From NCBI GenBank assembly GCA_047495785.1, contig JBLDXI010000019.1, forward strand, positions 1,550,001 to 1,614,000: DNA of 64,000 bases, given 5' to 3'. The notes beneath the pieces were generated by a model. That model saw only the letters and a program-made list of their open reading frames with translations, made no database searches and was not told where the DNA came from. The position numbers and the translations under genes are program-made. Of the stretch, positions 47,101 through 59,699 are shown piece by piece (the first letter of the stretch is position 1; each line of letters opens with the position of its first letter). This DNA is from Lepidodermella squamata. Its lineage: Eukaryota; Animalia; Gastrotricha.

Positions 47101-50100
47101 GCTGGCTCAGGGATCGATCGAAAATTTTGATACATGCAGCCCTTCCGCTCACTCCACCCACAGAGAGGAACTGCCCCGCGGTAGGGCTGATGGCGTAAGT
47201 TGACGAGAGGCTCCCGCTACCAACTGGGTGTCCTTCGATGAAGAATCGTAGAAGTCTCGTAACATGGTCAAAAGTGAAGCCCACATAGTAAGGAACATCC
47301 TGGCAAATTAAAAATTAAAATCATTCCGCCCAAATCACAGAGCTTACCCTGGATAGAGACGCTGTTCCCGTAATTGTAACCAATGATCCACCGCAATTTA
47401 TGACGACGTCGTTAGTAGTCGCTGTCCTGAACAAGTTGATACTCCAAGTGGCATTAGTCCCATTGGTCAGGATCCCAAAGGTGCAAACTCCAGTTGAACA
47501 TGCCACATGATGGAAGAAGGAGAAGGACCTCGAAAGTCTGGTCAGCAGCGTCGTGTTATCAAACCTCACCGATGCAGTCGTTGACAGCTGATACGCCTTA
47601 TTCGGGAATTGCGCCAGGCTAGTCAAATTTGGCGAGCCAACAGCTGCAGCATTGAACCCATTTCCACTCTGATCCGACAGGCCTGTCAAGCCGTCGAGAT
47701 GGATCGAAGCGATAGGGCGCGGGAATTCAGCCCAAGGGCATCTCATCGCTGCGTGAATGTCAGATTTGGTCAAAAGGCGGTTGTACCACTGCATGCAGAA
47801 AACTGATATATCACCAAAACGATTGTCTTGACAGGCGGCTCGGAACATTCCGATGAAGAACAAGTCTGTAGCATATCGTGGAATGTTGACCGTAGAGTAG
47901 AAATCAGTGTCGATTTCGCCGTTGTAGTACCACGTTAGCCTGTTTTTAGCCAACTCGAATGTCCATCCGATGTGAACCCAAGTGTCGACAGGAAAGCCAG
48001 CAGGGTTTTTGCCGATATACGATGATTCATTAGATGCAGATCCTCCTCGAAGATATCTCCCGTTTCTAGAAGAATAATATGAAATTTTATCCTAGGCATG
48101 AACAGTTGGAAACAGACACAAGCCAAATCTGCAGGCCTGGAAAATGTAAAAACTGATCAACATCATTTGAACGCAGGGAAACTGCCTCACCCCCAGCTGC
48201 TGTATCCGCGGTATTGTCAGGCCAATTGACAATGTTACCTTCAAAGTACCCCGTCGCACTTTTGACCCATATGAAGAATGAGTGATCCGTCGCGGTGTTC
48301 AGAACAGGGTTGTGCGCAGCTCCATACATCATGCCGTCCTCAACTTTTTGCACTCGCGATGCTCCATTAACGCGCCCGAATGGGTCTGGGACAAACGTGA
48401 TCGACTGGGAGTAGTAGATGTGGTTACCATTCCCACTCATATCCTGGCCACGGCTGTAGATGTCGAAAAGCCATAGCCCAGCCGGGTTAAGTTCTCCCTC
48501 CATTATCGGCGTGATTTCGACATAGTCCACTGATTTCGCTGAGCCCAAATCAACCGTGACCGAGGCCGCCTGAGTAGCACTGGCTACGATACGGCTGCAA
48601 GTGTCCGCCCTCCCGTCAATCAGCATCGAAACAGGCCGGTGGAATACAGTGAAATTCGTGAAAACTGATGCGCTGGCTTGACTGATCAAATCAGTCATGT
48701 AAGACCTAGCATCGACGTCGTAACAGCCCATTACTTCCAGCCGCATGCAACTCAGAGTGCTGAGAGCTTTCGGCCAGATGCGGATCCATCTAGCGACTAT
48801 AGGATAGTCGAAGTAATTGGCGATGGCTTGATTCACGTTAGTATTTCCAGCGAAATCGGTATTTCCTGATATGGTTGTCACGTAACTCCAATCCGGGTCT
48901 GAATCAGACCGGTACAAAACCGAGTAACTCGTCACCCACCAAGAGTTCGTAATACAACCCTAATAATAGTTTTGTGAATTGGTGGTTATAAAAGATCTTC
49001 TATGTATATTACTTGAATTATCACGCCCGTAACAATGCGGTTCCGTAAGAAGTCGACCTCAAGATGGGAATCGAGACGGCTTGGTGCAAGCTCGGCCCAC
49101 GATCCGCGTTTTGAATTCAGTCGTGCGTAAAACGGAGGAAAATTAAACCTGGCCGAATTTGAAGTCATCTGGCTATCATTCACGTCAAACGAATGAACAC
49201 CAAGTGGGACTAGGAAACAAAATCTGTCGAAATCCATGCTATAGATCAAGAACGCTTACCTCGGCAGATGGAGTTGCAGCCAAATACCGCCATTCGCAGG
49301 CACGGAAAGCCATTCCACGTTACGGCCACGAACCTTACAAAACGAGTGAGAAACGCCCGCCAAAGCCGGTTTGCGACGACTGAGCTTCGATCGGTATTTC
49401 CATTAGAGATCTACAAAAGCATGCGTTTTACAATTGAATAGGCGAATGTTTTAGTCTGATAGGATATTGATACTGATTTATTTGCGCAATTTGTCTCGCG
49501 ACGTTTAGCAATTTGTATAAAAGGGTCAAGGCGCCTCGCCACTGATAAATAGTTTATTTTTCAAGTTCACAAGCAATAAGCAATCCTTTCTTAAGAGACA
49601 CTCAGCAACTATATTTTCGTGCCGTTATATAGACCTCTCGGCAGTCTAAGCTCCACCCACCGCAGGATGACCACCGCCACCCACGCTCTGCCTTTTCACG
49701 GTCATCATGCACGGTTGCTAGCAGATAACGTCATTTGGGGCTATCGCATATCGCAGCTTAAGCGGCTATTCTGTGACACGTTCGTTCAAGCAGTAGAATG
49801 AGGAAATAGGAGATGGAGTGAAAGTCGATGCAATTTGCAGGGAGTTACCTCGATAGCAGACACTTATTCTGTAATCTGAGGTCAAAGAGTAAATGTTTCT
49901 GAAGCTATGGACCCACCTTTCAGGTGTAAGTTTAACTCAAGAAAATCTCTGTGTTGCATCGAATTTACTGGACCCGAATATATCGACCCGAGAACGTCGC
50001 CCGATTTCATTTGAATCTACAGACGCTTAGGAACCTTAGAAAATGTAAAACCCCCGATCCGATGCATAATTGTGTCTTCTGTCAAATTAATTGCGCCCGA

Positions 50101-52147
50101 ATAGCCCCATCGAAAAGTGAAGCTTAGGGGTAATTCTTTCATAATAATTGAATATTCTAATGAGCTGCATTGTTGTAAGATGCAATCTGGGCCATTTCCG
50201 ATTACTCGAGTCTCGACTGCGTCCAATTAACGATACCTAGGTGATCTAATTTGGATCGTTGTAAAGTGTTTTCCGCTTTATCCAATGCTAAGAGGTATTA
50301 AACTTGAACAAAATTTGATGAATACCATGTCTGGATTGGAGTTCAACAATTCAGTAGCTGAAGAATAAAAATTAATCCAGTGTGTTCTTTCAATTGTAAA
50401 ATAATGCGCATTGAAAAGCATGCAAATCAACCCATGATTTACATGCTTTCATGAAAAACGGGAATTCGAGTTTTTCCCCAAATTTGATGTCGCGTGCTGA
50501 GTTTCATGGATATGAAAAGTGAATTCATGCATTTTATCCTGTTTAAAAATATCACCCCAGTTAGGGTGCTTTTTTTCTGGTGTAGCCAATGACCCAAAAG
50601 TCACCCATACCGCACGAACCCCGCTACCCGCGCACAGATTTAGAGTATTCCAAACTCTCGGAATTCCACCTGTTACTGAACATGAGAACTAAAATTTCCA
50701 TCGAAAACACTTGTTCCATAGCGCATAGACCTGTCCTGTCAAAACCAACCTCAAAATGTGAAAGTACCCTCAGAAATGTACCCTAATGCATACTCAAGTT
50801 TCTCTGTGCGAAAGTTGTGATTTGATTAGATATAAATTGGTCTGATGATTTGATTTGATTGATTTACAAAGACCTGGGATTCTCTAAATAAATCAAATCA
50901 AATCAAATTGAAGTCATTGGGGGAGAGAACAATAGGTTGGCCAGTGTATTGTTGTACGCGCCTACCTCCGCCGGCATTATACCCGAGAGCGATGATCACA
51001 GTATTTCCAGATTTAGGAGGTCCAAACTTGGACAGCCCAAGTCCGGCGGCCCGAGTGCAGCGCGCGCAAGCGCTCAACAATAGTTCGTTTCCATTGTTCT
51101 TCACCGTTCTCGGGCCAACACCTCGGCTGGCCCGAGTGCAGTGAAGCGATAATTCGTTAAACTCGTTAAATTTGCAATATACGTCGCATATACGTCGCAA
51201 TATACGGGCGCGCTTTAGAGAAGCCCGAGCGCGGATTGTTAAAGCGCCCTTACCCAACCGCTGATCATTAGCTAAACGTTCAAGTTTCTTACTATATCCT
51301 GGCCATTCCGATCCTTGTAGCGAAACCAGTTGACGCCAGCTGGATCCAAGCTGAATTCGAGGCGATAAGTTGCTGTCCAATATTGGGTAGCATCACTATA
51401 TACCAAGCCTGATGTTGCGACCTGAGTGACCCATCTCGGTAAGCCGAGGTCGACTTGAAGGTAGCAGTTCGTAGTACATGAACAGCCGCACCAAGAATAC
51501 TGCGTCGCATTGACTCTCGCCGACCAGGGTTGCTAGACATAACGTAGGCGATTCCCGTCTTGAAAAGCCAGATCACAAGACTTACCTGTAGGTTGTTGGC
51601 GCAGGTTCCTACAGCTGAGAAGGCCGATGTTGGCAGTTCGTTATTAACCAATCCGAACTCAAATTCAGAGTCACAGACTGGTTGAATATACGGCAGTTGC
51701 AAATCTCTCATAAATATCGAATTGTTGATGCTTTTCATATTGTCCTTGCCGTGATTTAATTGCGGGTAATTGCTACGACTGGTTTTCAGCACTTTGACGT
51801 AGACATCTTTCGTGGGACTGTTTGTCATGTTGAATGCTGTGCCATCGCCGTAAGCATCCAAAATATCGCAACTTTTCGCCGCAGTGTCATGGACTGTTGT
51901 CAGGCAGTTGCGATTCGCTGAGCATACAGCCATACAATGCGATTTTCCCACCACAGATTTCTCGACTGCGAGCCTGAACGATCAAGATCAAGAACTTAAT
52001 GCTACATGCCTTGAAACTCGCAAACCTATGAGCTGTGTAGGAATCATCGGGAATGATAGCCACAAGACTCTTCCCGGAGTAAGTCTTGAACATTTCGGCT
52101 GCATTTACGAGACCAATGAGGTTAAGCAAATACGTCACGTAAATCAT
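44182..52147 (-). CDS. Large secreted PAN/F5-8C/LamG/F-lectin-like protein, copy 2
   Basis: Signal peptide MIYVTYLLNLIGLVNAA; exon-by-exon homology to copy 1; one intron expanded to 49411-51292. Confidence 0.85.
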
Positions 52148-52357
52148 GTTTTGCGTGCAATGATGGAGATTTTCCGTTTTGCATGGCTTTCGTTGTTTCG
52201 TGCGCCGACCTTCTCACCTCGAAGCGCGGCGATTATCGATTTGACGACCACGCACTACTGCCCCAACACTGGCTAGCTTTTTACCGTTCATGCTGGAAAT
52301 TCGCGCCTTCGTTGTGCGATACATTACATTACATCATAATTATTCTGTTCGTCAAAT

Positions 52358-52569
52358 TTTCTCTATCCGACGATATACAATTTTTCAGGTAAATTATTTA
52401 TTTTGATTTTCCGATCGTTTTCAGCCGTGCATATTGGACTTTGAATTTTCTCACAGCGTTGCTTTGTTCAGAAACATTCTAGCAAATAATAATTTTTCGA
52501 GCTGAGAAAAAATCGGAAAATCAAAATAAATAATTTACATGAAAAAATGTATATCGTCGGATAGGGAAA
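52358..52569. mobile_element. Foldback/MITE-like inverted repeat
   Basis: ~67-bp arms (52358-52424 and 52501-52569) are nearly perfect reverse complements (CTATCCGACGATATACA..ATTATTTATTTTGATTTTCCGAT). Confidence 0.8.
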
Positions 52570-52619
52570 CTTTTCAACGTGGATAAACAAATTTTCAACA
52601 ATGTTTCATAATTTTTTCG

Positions 52620-52659
52620 AAATGTTGCCCAAAATGTTGCCCAAAATGTTGCCCAAAAT
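52620..52659. repeat. Tandem repeat, 12-bp unit AAAATGTTGCCC x3
   Basis: Read directly from the sequence. Confidence 0.9.
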
Positions 52660-52921
52660 CACCAATGACGAATTTTAGAAAATTATCGTAAGCGTTTTCA
52701 CTGCTAATTTTCCAACAGCCTCGTTGTTAAAAAGAGCCTTCTTCGAGTATTTCGCCGTAATTTTCTTGATAGCGTCGTTGATTCGGCGGCATTTCGCCTT
52801 CTGCTTGTTAATCTGCTGGCCAGCTTCTTGCAGTAGCAAATCGCTATCTGTTTGGTCTTCGATGGTGATAATAAGGTGGCAAAACCGCCAAAAGGCAAGA
52901 TGACTACACTGTAGTAGCGGC

Positions 52922-55722
52922 GTATATTCAACTCTCCCCAACGGAAATTACCCGAAGCAACGCACCCAATGCGATTATCCCCGTGCGCGCGCGCCCAACG
53001 CGATAATCCCCAAAATTAATGCGCACCGAGTAAACAATTGAGTAAATAAACTTTATTCAAGCCACAACAACGAAAAGTAAAAGGAAAAGACCAAGCAACA
53101 AAGCCACAACAAATTACGAGTTACAAATAGAAATTTCAACAAATTTTCTAATATTTTTTTTTCTTCAACAATTTTGAGACGTTATCAAGAAATTCAATGA
53201 GCAAATCATTTTTCTTCTTATGCTTCAACGGGTCCCGAGAGGCGGCTAGGTGAACTAAATTTTCGTTAAACGCTTTTTCGACATTAATTAAGGCTTGATT
53301 TTTTAAACACTGGTTCTTCTTCGACTTGCACAACGGCTTGCCCTGTTTTTCGAACTTGGCCATCTTGACAGCTACTTCGGCCTCCTCTTTTTGAATAGAC
53401 TCAATGAAAAACCAGATAGCAGGGTGTTTGCGATGATTAGCGACCACGTTCATGCGGTGATGCCACCCTTCGACGCCGTTGTTTGTTCGAATGCACTGTC
53501 CATGAACATTCCATTCACTGATTGGAAAACGCTTCATCCAGGTGCCGCGGAAATATTTTTCGAAGTCCTTTTCCCTCAGCATAGGTGGCAATTTGGAGAA
53601 GAGCAACTCAGCGGCGGCCTCAACTTCGTCTTCTTTGAGCAGGGCAAGAGCCTGGAAGCGGCGAATCGTGACGTAGACGACGTTAGACACTTGACGGCCG
53701 TCTGATCCCATGATCCGGTTGCCATCGTCGTCGGTCGGCGGCCCCGATTCATACTCAGTCTAAAAGTAACAGGTTAAAATCGAATTGAAGAGGAAGAAAT
53801 TAGCTCACCTTTAGGCCATTTTCGTCGACCCAGGTACGGAGGGCTTTGCAGAAATGAAAAAAGCATCCCACGATCTTGACCAGCTTGCCATTCTTGCCCC
53901 GCAACTTCCGAATTACGGGCAGGAGGCCACTCTCGAAGTCGCACGTCGCCTCCTCGAGCTGCAGCTCTTCGTGCGTCGCGTCGATTGCGTTCATTAGAGT
54001 TTCAAAGACCCGAGTGTAAAGGGCCGAGCTCTTCTCAGACATGAGGACAAATGCCGCCGGAAATGTCGCGCCGTCTCTCATCGTGTGAATGGAGAACATT
54101 TGGTAAAAGATTTTCGGGCTTATCGCGAAAGTGCCGTCGAAAAACCAGCGGCTCGCCCTTGCCAATCGCTGGAATCCACGGCTTGTAGCGAAAACGATGT
54201 AGGACTTGCCGTCCTCACCTTTCTCCAGATGATACAGAAACTTTTCGTTCTTGTCATGCGTTAAGATGAAGGCTTCAATTTTCGCTTGTGTTTCCTCGTC
54301 TAGATCTTTGGCGATGGCTGATTGCAGCAGCTCAAACAAGTCGTCCAACGACGTCGGGTTTTTCGGGTACTTCTTGCCTCGGCGCTTGTACAGCCCAGAG
54401 ACGATCTCGTCGAGGTCCGGGAACGCCTCGCGTACCTCCAAGTCCGAGATCTCGCTTTTCACTTGACGGTAGTGTTGACCGGGAACGACGGCCGGCTGGT
54501 TGGAGATGAGCCACCGAACTTTAGCCATGTTGATTTCAACCTCGACTCCAACTCGGTCTGGTTCGTGGTTGTGCTCTAACAACAAAATTAAATCAAAATC
54601 AAACAATTTTAGTCGAAATATCGAATTACCTCCATGTTTCGGCGCCTCTTCTAGGTTGAACCGGTAACAAGCGCTGTTATGCCCTTCTGGCCACTCGGGA
54701 AGCGGGCTAGTCCACGTACAGTGGCAGTTCAATTCGCCACGGTGGTCGTAGCAGCGGACGTAGACGGCGCCGTTTTTGCGTCGGTCAAACAGGTACCGAT
54801 GGCCGGCGTGACACAAGACTTTGCCATCCTTGGACGACTTGTAGTAAACAGCGTGCTTCTCGGGCTGAAAATCCAACATGGCCTGCATTTGATCAGGGGT
54901 GAGGCTCAAGTTCGTTGCCTGTGGAACTGTTTGCTGCTGAACTGTTTCTTCGAGCTGGCGAACGCGGGCCTTCAGCAGGCGCACGGTGTTCGGCGAGGCG
55001 AAATCGCTTGAGTCCGCTACTTGAGGCGGGTGCTGTTCCGGCACTTCGACGCTGAAGTCGTTTGAAGCCGAGTTGCTCTGATTCTCGAGATCCGGCATGC
55101 TGTCCTCGCTAAGTTGCGGCGAGGCCACGCGCGGCGGTATCGGCGGTTGAGTGGCCACAACGACTGGATTAGCTCTGCTTGCCTTAGCTGTTGAGAACGT
55201 AATCGGATTAAAGACGGGCGGTGGTGTTGACGCGGGTGCCACTCGCTGTGCCGTCTTCTTCTTAGCTTGCGCTTGTCTGACCGGCGGTGGATCGACAGCC
55301 GGTTGCTCAGACACTTTCACCTTGTTTTTTGAACCAGGCGGCCGCCCGGGTTTACGCTTTACAGGTGCTGCTATGCGGATGGTACCATTAGTAAAAAAAA
55401 AACCCAGCTTAAGAAAGTGTGTACCTTCAGCGTTATCAGCCGTAACTTGAGAATCGGTAACGATTGCTTTGCGTTTACCCATCAGAACGTCGAATATCAA
55501 ATATCAAAATGATTGCAGGTTGATGATGAATGCGAATTCCTCGTGCTTTCCTGGCTACTCTACTCTGTGTCATCAGGTGTGGGCGCCTGCCTGCGCGCGC
55601 GAGTTTCCTTGTGTGTGTTCGTGCGCGCGTGTGTGTATTGTTATAATCCACTTGGGGAACGCAACAGCGCGGTGGGGATATGGTGCTATGGGTATTTTCC
55701 GTTGGGGTGAGTTGAATCATTC
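52922..55722 (-). mobile_element. Complete Mutator-like DNA transposon (MULE), 2.8 kb
   Basis: ~40-bp imperfect TIRs (ATTCAACTC[T/A]CCCCAACGGAAA[T/A]TACCC); identical 9-bp TSD AGTAGCGGC at 52913-52921 and 55723-55731; internal transposase. Confidence 0.93.
53148..55482 (-). CDS. MULE transposase with AT-hook and FLYWCH-like zinc finger, 3 introns
   Basis: KPGRPPGSKNK; GHRYLF..YVRC..CHC; WFFDGTF, CDFE, GCFFHFCKA, YFRGTWM..WN, RTNNGVEGWH (DDE triad plus CxxH). Confidence 0.92.
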
Positions 55723-56094
55723 AGTAGCGGCTGTTATTGCCCTCCATGCCGTTGTTTGTGTGAACAACGTCGTAAACGCTGTTACTTCGTGGTAAAATCT
55801 CGGTGTTAACTCGACTGCGGTGAGCTTGTGAGTACTACACTGTAACAATATTGCTCTATATACATTGCTCACAAGGCGGCGAGGCCATCCATCGCTGTTT
55901 GGCCGGTTTCGGCTTGCAGTTTTTGCCATGTGTTGGGCCACACTGCGGCCATCGCCGAATTGTTCGCACTTCGCACTTCGCGCACTAATTCTGTTTATTA
56001 CCCGAATGAATGAATTTTCGTTATCTAATATTGCAAAACATCATCGGCGATTTTTTAATGAATTCAGATAAAATTTTTTGACTTGAACCGATTC

Positions 56095-56360
56095 ATACAA
56101 TCGCATACAAAAACTGCAATCGTTACAAGACAGGGCTGTGAGAATTGTAATAAATGCGACTGATTTTGCTGATACTTCTGCTCTCCGAGACGAACTGGAA
56201 TGGCTCAAGCGAAGTGTCCAATTTGCCACGCTAATGTACAGATGCCTTGTTGGGGATGCACCTGACACCTGATGCATGAAATCTATTTTTGTACCTAACC
56301 CTCCTTCTTGCACTCGCTCTTCTCGTCTTAGCTTCAAACTTCCAGTCGTAAAACTTGACT
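56095..56360 (+). mobile_element. L2/CR1-clade LINE ORF2 3' fragment
   Basis: Translates KLQSLQDRAVRIV..SALRDELEWL..LMYRCLVGDAP, matching the post-RT LQxxQNRAARI..LxWL..YKxL..AP pattern; followed by a stop codon. Confidence 0.7.
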
Positions 56361-57667
56361 AAGGCCAATCTTCTCTTGGTTATGTTGTCTTTTGTTTAAT
56401 AACCTATCTCTTAATCTCCATCGCCCTCGTCATCGCCCTGTCGACATATCTTCCTACACTAACCTTCCTCCTCGATGCGACTGCGGCTTCAAAATTTGTT
56501 ATGACGATCATTCTTGCCGGCAGCTTGTTTATGAATACAGTGACAATCAAAAGATCCGCACGGTGGAATTGAGGCGACGCTAGTTGAAATTGTTCGCAAG
56601 AGCGAAATGAGGCTGGTTATCGCCAGCAAAACGGACCAAAATGATACCTTTTTCACGAGCACCAAAAATAGTTCCGAGGAAAGAGGGGTAGTTTCAATAA
56701 TATGAATAATATATATTCATGAGATGTCATGAAACTAGGACATTCTTAGTTAAGTACCAAAAATTGCAGAAAAAAATGAGCACTTAGAATAAGGTTACAA
56801 CAAATCAAAAATATTTTTTCCGGAATTTTTCTGACATAATTATCAACTTTGAGGGCTTCAGAATATTAATTAGCACAGTGGTGCGCAAACCTATTCAACC
56901 ACCGGCTATTTTGGCAGCCGGAAATGTCCCTAATCGGCCCCACTCTCGACGTCTTAAACCGGCCGCACTGCCGGAATATTTTTACTTGTCACTTGTCATT
57001 GGCGAAATCAACTGATTTTCTTAGTAAACATTTTCTCTAAATGAATATTTCGATGACAAAATTCAAAATTAATACCTATTTGCAATTTTCCACGGTAGAT
57101 GATGCAGAACATTTTATGAGACTAACCAAAAGCTGCAAATGAAACCCAGCCTTCTTGGGTTAAATCATTGATCCCCTATCTTGGTGCCAGTCTCAAATTC
57201 CAGATTCATCTGAAATAAAAAAATTGCATACCACGTTCCAATCCATGGTTCCAAAATTTCAAGTCCAAGTTTAGTCCAAGGTGAAGTCATAAGGGAAAAG
57301 TTAAAAAAGTTGCACACGAAAAATTGCACAAATTACCCCATTAAATTAAGGTGGCTAGACCTATCGATTAAGGTGGCTAGACTCAAAATTTTGGAGCTGG
57401 GTGCCTTCTCTCCCCCTATAATTCCATATCACAAGCCTCGACCGGACGCACGTAACGTTACGGAGCCGAAAGGCCAGCCGGCCGCCAAAAATGCCTCGAC
57501 AGGCCGCAAGCGGCCGGAAAAACCGAGTTTGCGCACCACTGAATTAGCACCTTATGAATATTCATATTTTCAAAACTATCAAAACTTCTTGGTCTGTGGT
57601 CTGTCCGAGTTACACTTTTTAGTTTTAGCTGAGTTTAACCCAAGCTTCGAGCTAAAAATAGTTCGGG

Positions 57668-59020
57668 TGCGTGTGATATATTTGTATGATATAACATGAG
57701 TAGGAATCTATATTTGAGTGAAGCACGAAATATAGATCGAGTAAAACGAATAAAACGAGTGAAATCGAGGCGGAACGAGCCGGAAGGCGAATGGAGACGA
57801 GATTTCACGAGGTGAATGAGTTTTACGAGATCAATACGAGTGAATGAGTTTTACGAGATCTATACGCAAAATAATAAATAATAAAAAATCCAACTTAAAA
57901 TGTCATTGAAAAATTGCTTTCTATTCATTCTCGCTCACTTTTCTCATTCGTTCGAATTTCGTCTCGTTTTGAAGGTCGATTTTCTGTCCGACCGGAATTC
58001 TGCTCGAATTTCACGAACAAATGTCCCAAGAATTCTGCTCCGATTGGCAAAGCTGCCGCAATTGAAGCCGAATGGTTCGATAAACCATCAACCCTGAAAC
58101 CTGGTTCCTTCGAAATAAACGTTCGCGAAAACCATGCGCATTTACAATCCGAAGAAACTGGTTCGATTTGAACGACACGTTTGGTGGCGATGAAAGAAGG
58201 TCAAGCAGTCCGTCGGAATTTCATTTCTGGTTGTTGAAAATGGCTCAGTTTCGGATAAGCGCGTCGCAACAGTGCTTGGTACGTCGATGTTTTCAACGTG
58301 ATCGAATCGGAACTGTCGCTGGCAGAGTGCTCCAAGTTCAATCAAGTTTCAAGGTGGTGATTTCTGCGAATTGGGGTCAAAATGCTGTCCGACTTTCTGC
58401 TCAGTGTTCCCGGCGCGTTCTATCGATCTAAGGAGGCGACTTGCTGACCGTACCTGTTCAATGATCTTCTGCGTGATCCGACCCACAAATCGCTGCGAAT
58501 TCATGCACAGCGGGGACGAAATGCTGCCCGATTTTCCGGAGTTTTCTGAGAAATTCTGGTTCCTACGGCCAATTTTTGCAGCCCGCCTGTCAAGCTGTCC
58601 CCGTCTAAATTATTCTCAAAATTGAATTTCTCCATTTTTTCATAATAAATTGCGTTGCGAAAACTATATCCCTGTGGTTTTCCGTTAGAATTAGCTGTTT
58701 CAAGACCTCGGAAGTATTGTGCTTGGAAATGGGCATCTATATTCAAAATATAGATTTTCCAGGTCAAAAATATAGATACACCTGAATCTATATTTCAGAT
58801 ATAGATCAGAAAAATAGTTCATATTCAAATCTATATTTGAAGTATGAAAAAATATATGTTTGTGTTTCAAGGTTAAAAATATAGACACAGTGTTATATTT
58901 GTATGGTATGACATGAGTAAAACGTTTATATCTGTACGGAGCCGCCCGAGATTTACGAGTCGGAACGAGCCGGAGGCGAGTTGCGATGAGTAAATCGAGT
59001 GCGGCGAGTTCAGATATGAA
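57668..59020. repeat. Complex non-coding repeat block: diverged direct repeats (~57668-57800 vs ~58889-58985), 28-bp tandem duplication (~57811-57866) and ATCTATAT/ATATAGAT array (~58735-58840)
   Basis: Shared ATATTTGTATG.TAT.ACATGAGTA and CGGAACGAGCCGGA blocks; GTGAATGAGTTTTACGAGATC occurs twice. Confidence 0.7.
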
Positions 59021-59699
59021 CGATTTACGAATGTTATACCGTAAAATATAGAATTGTCAAAGCTGCTCGACCTATATTGGTGACGAAAATGCTTTTTGTT
59101 ATTTTTGGTGAATAGTGGTTGAATAGTGAATGAATATTGGTACAGCTCTTGACTAAATCGGAACCTTCTGACAGGGAAAATGATAGTCACAAGTCTCTTA
59201 TCGAATGCAAATTAGCATTTTTCAAAAATGAACCTTTCACCAAAAATCACAAGAGGCATCCCATTTTAGCGAGGATTTTTAGGAAAGTTCACACCTGACT
59301 AGATCCATCGACTGGTGAAACCAGGGTTGCCGCTCCGAATACTTCCTCATATTTACGTTATTAGAAAACTGCGAGGCTAATAAATTATCATCCGTACTGT
59401 GCAAGGTGAAAGTATACACGATGAGCACGTGCCTAATATTCTACCCGCAGATCAATGCAACGATTTAGTTTCAGGATCGATCGGTTCAACAACTATTGAA
59501 AACTATTAAAAATGACAAAAACCTTGGCTGAAAGCATTCTTGAACCAAGGTTCTCAGAATTTATTCAGCTTAACGATGCAGTAATTTACACACCGCAATG
59601 AGTATCGTCAATGTTATTCATTATGAAACAGAGATTCATAAATAATCGAGTTTCACTGGTTCTAGACTGTTCAAAAATCTAAGTGAATGTTTTCCAAGG

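Larger units (their letters stand above)
52675..55941 (-). pseudogene. Decayed MULE transposase 3' fragment split by the younger MULE (flanks 52675-52921 and 55723-55941)
   Basis: Rejoining across the TSD reads HTNNGMEGNNSRYY; in another frame HLAFWRFCHLIITIE..KCRRINDAIK, similar to the intact RTNNGVEGWH..HPAIWFFIESIQKEE region. Confidence 0.6.

Noticed and set aside
50898-51380. 160-aa ORF overlapping an exon and intron of lectin copy 2
   Set aside because: Out of frame with the real exon, runs into repetitive intron sequence and shows no domain signal.
57811-57866. CRISPR-like array
   Set aside because: Only two adjacent copies with no unique spacers, no cas genes and a eukaryotic context.
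57310-59190. Several short ORFs in the repeat block
   Set aside because: Low-complexity translations of repetitive AT-rich DNA without consistent coding signal.
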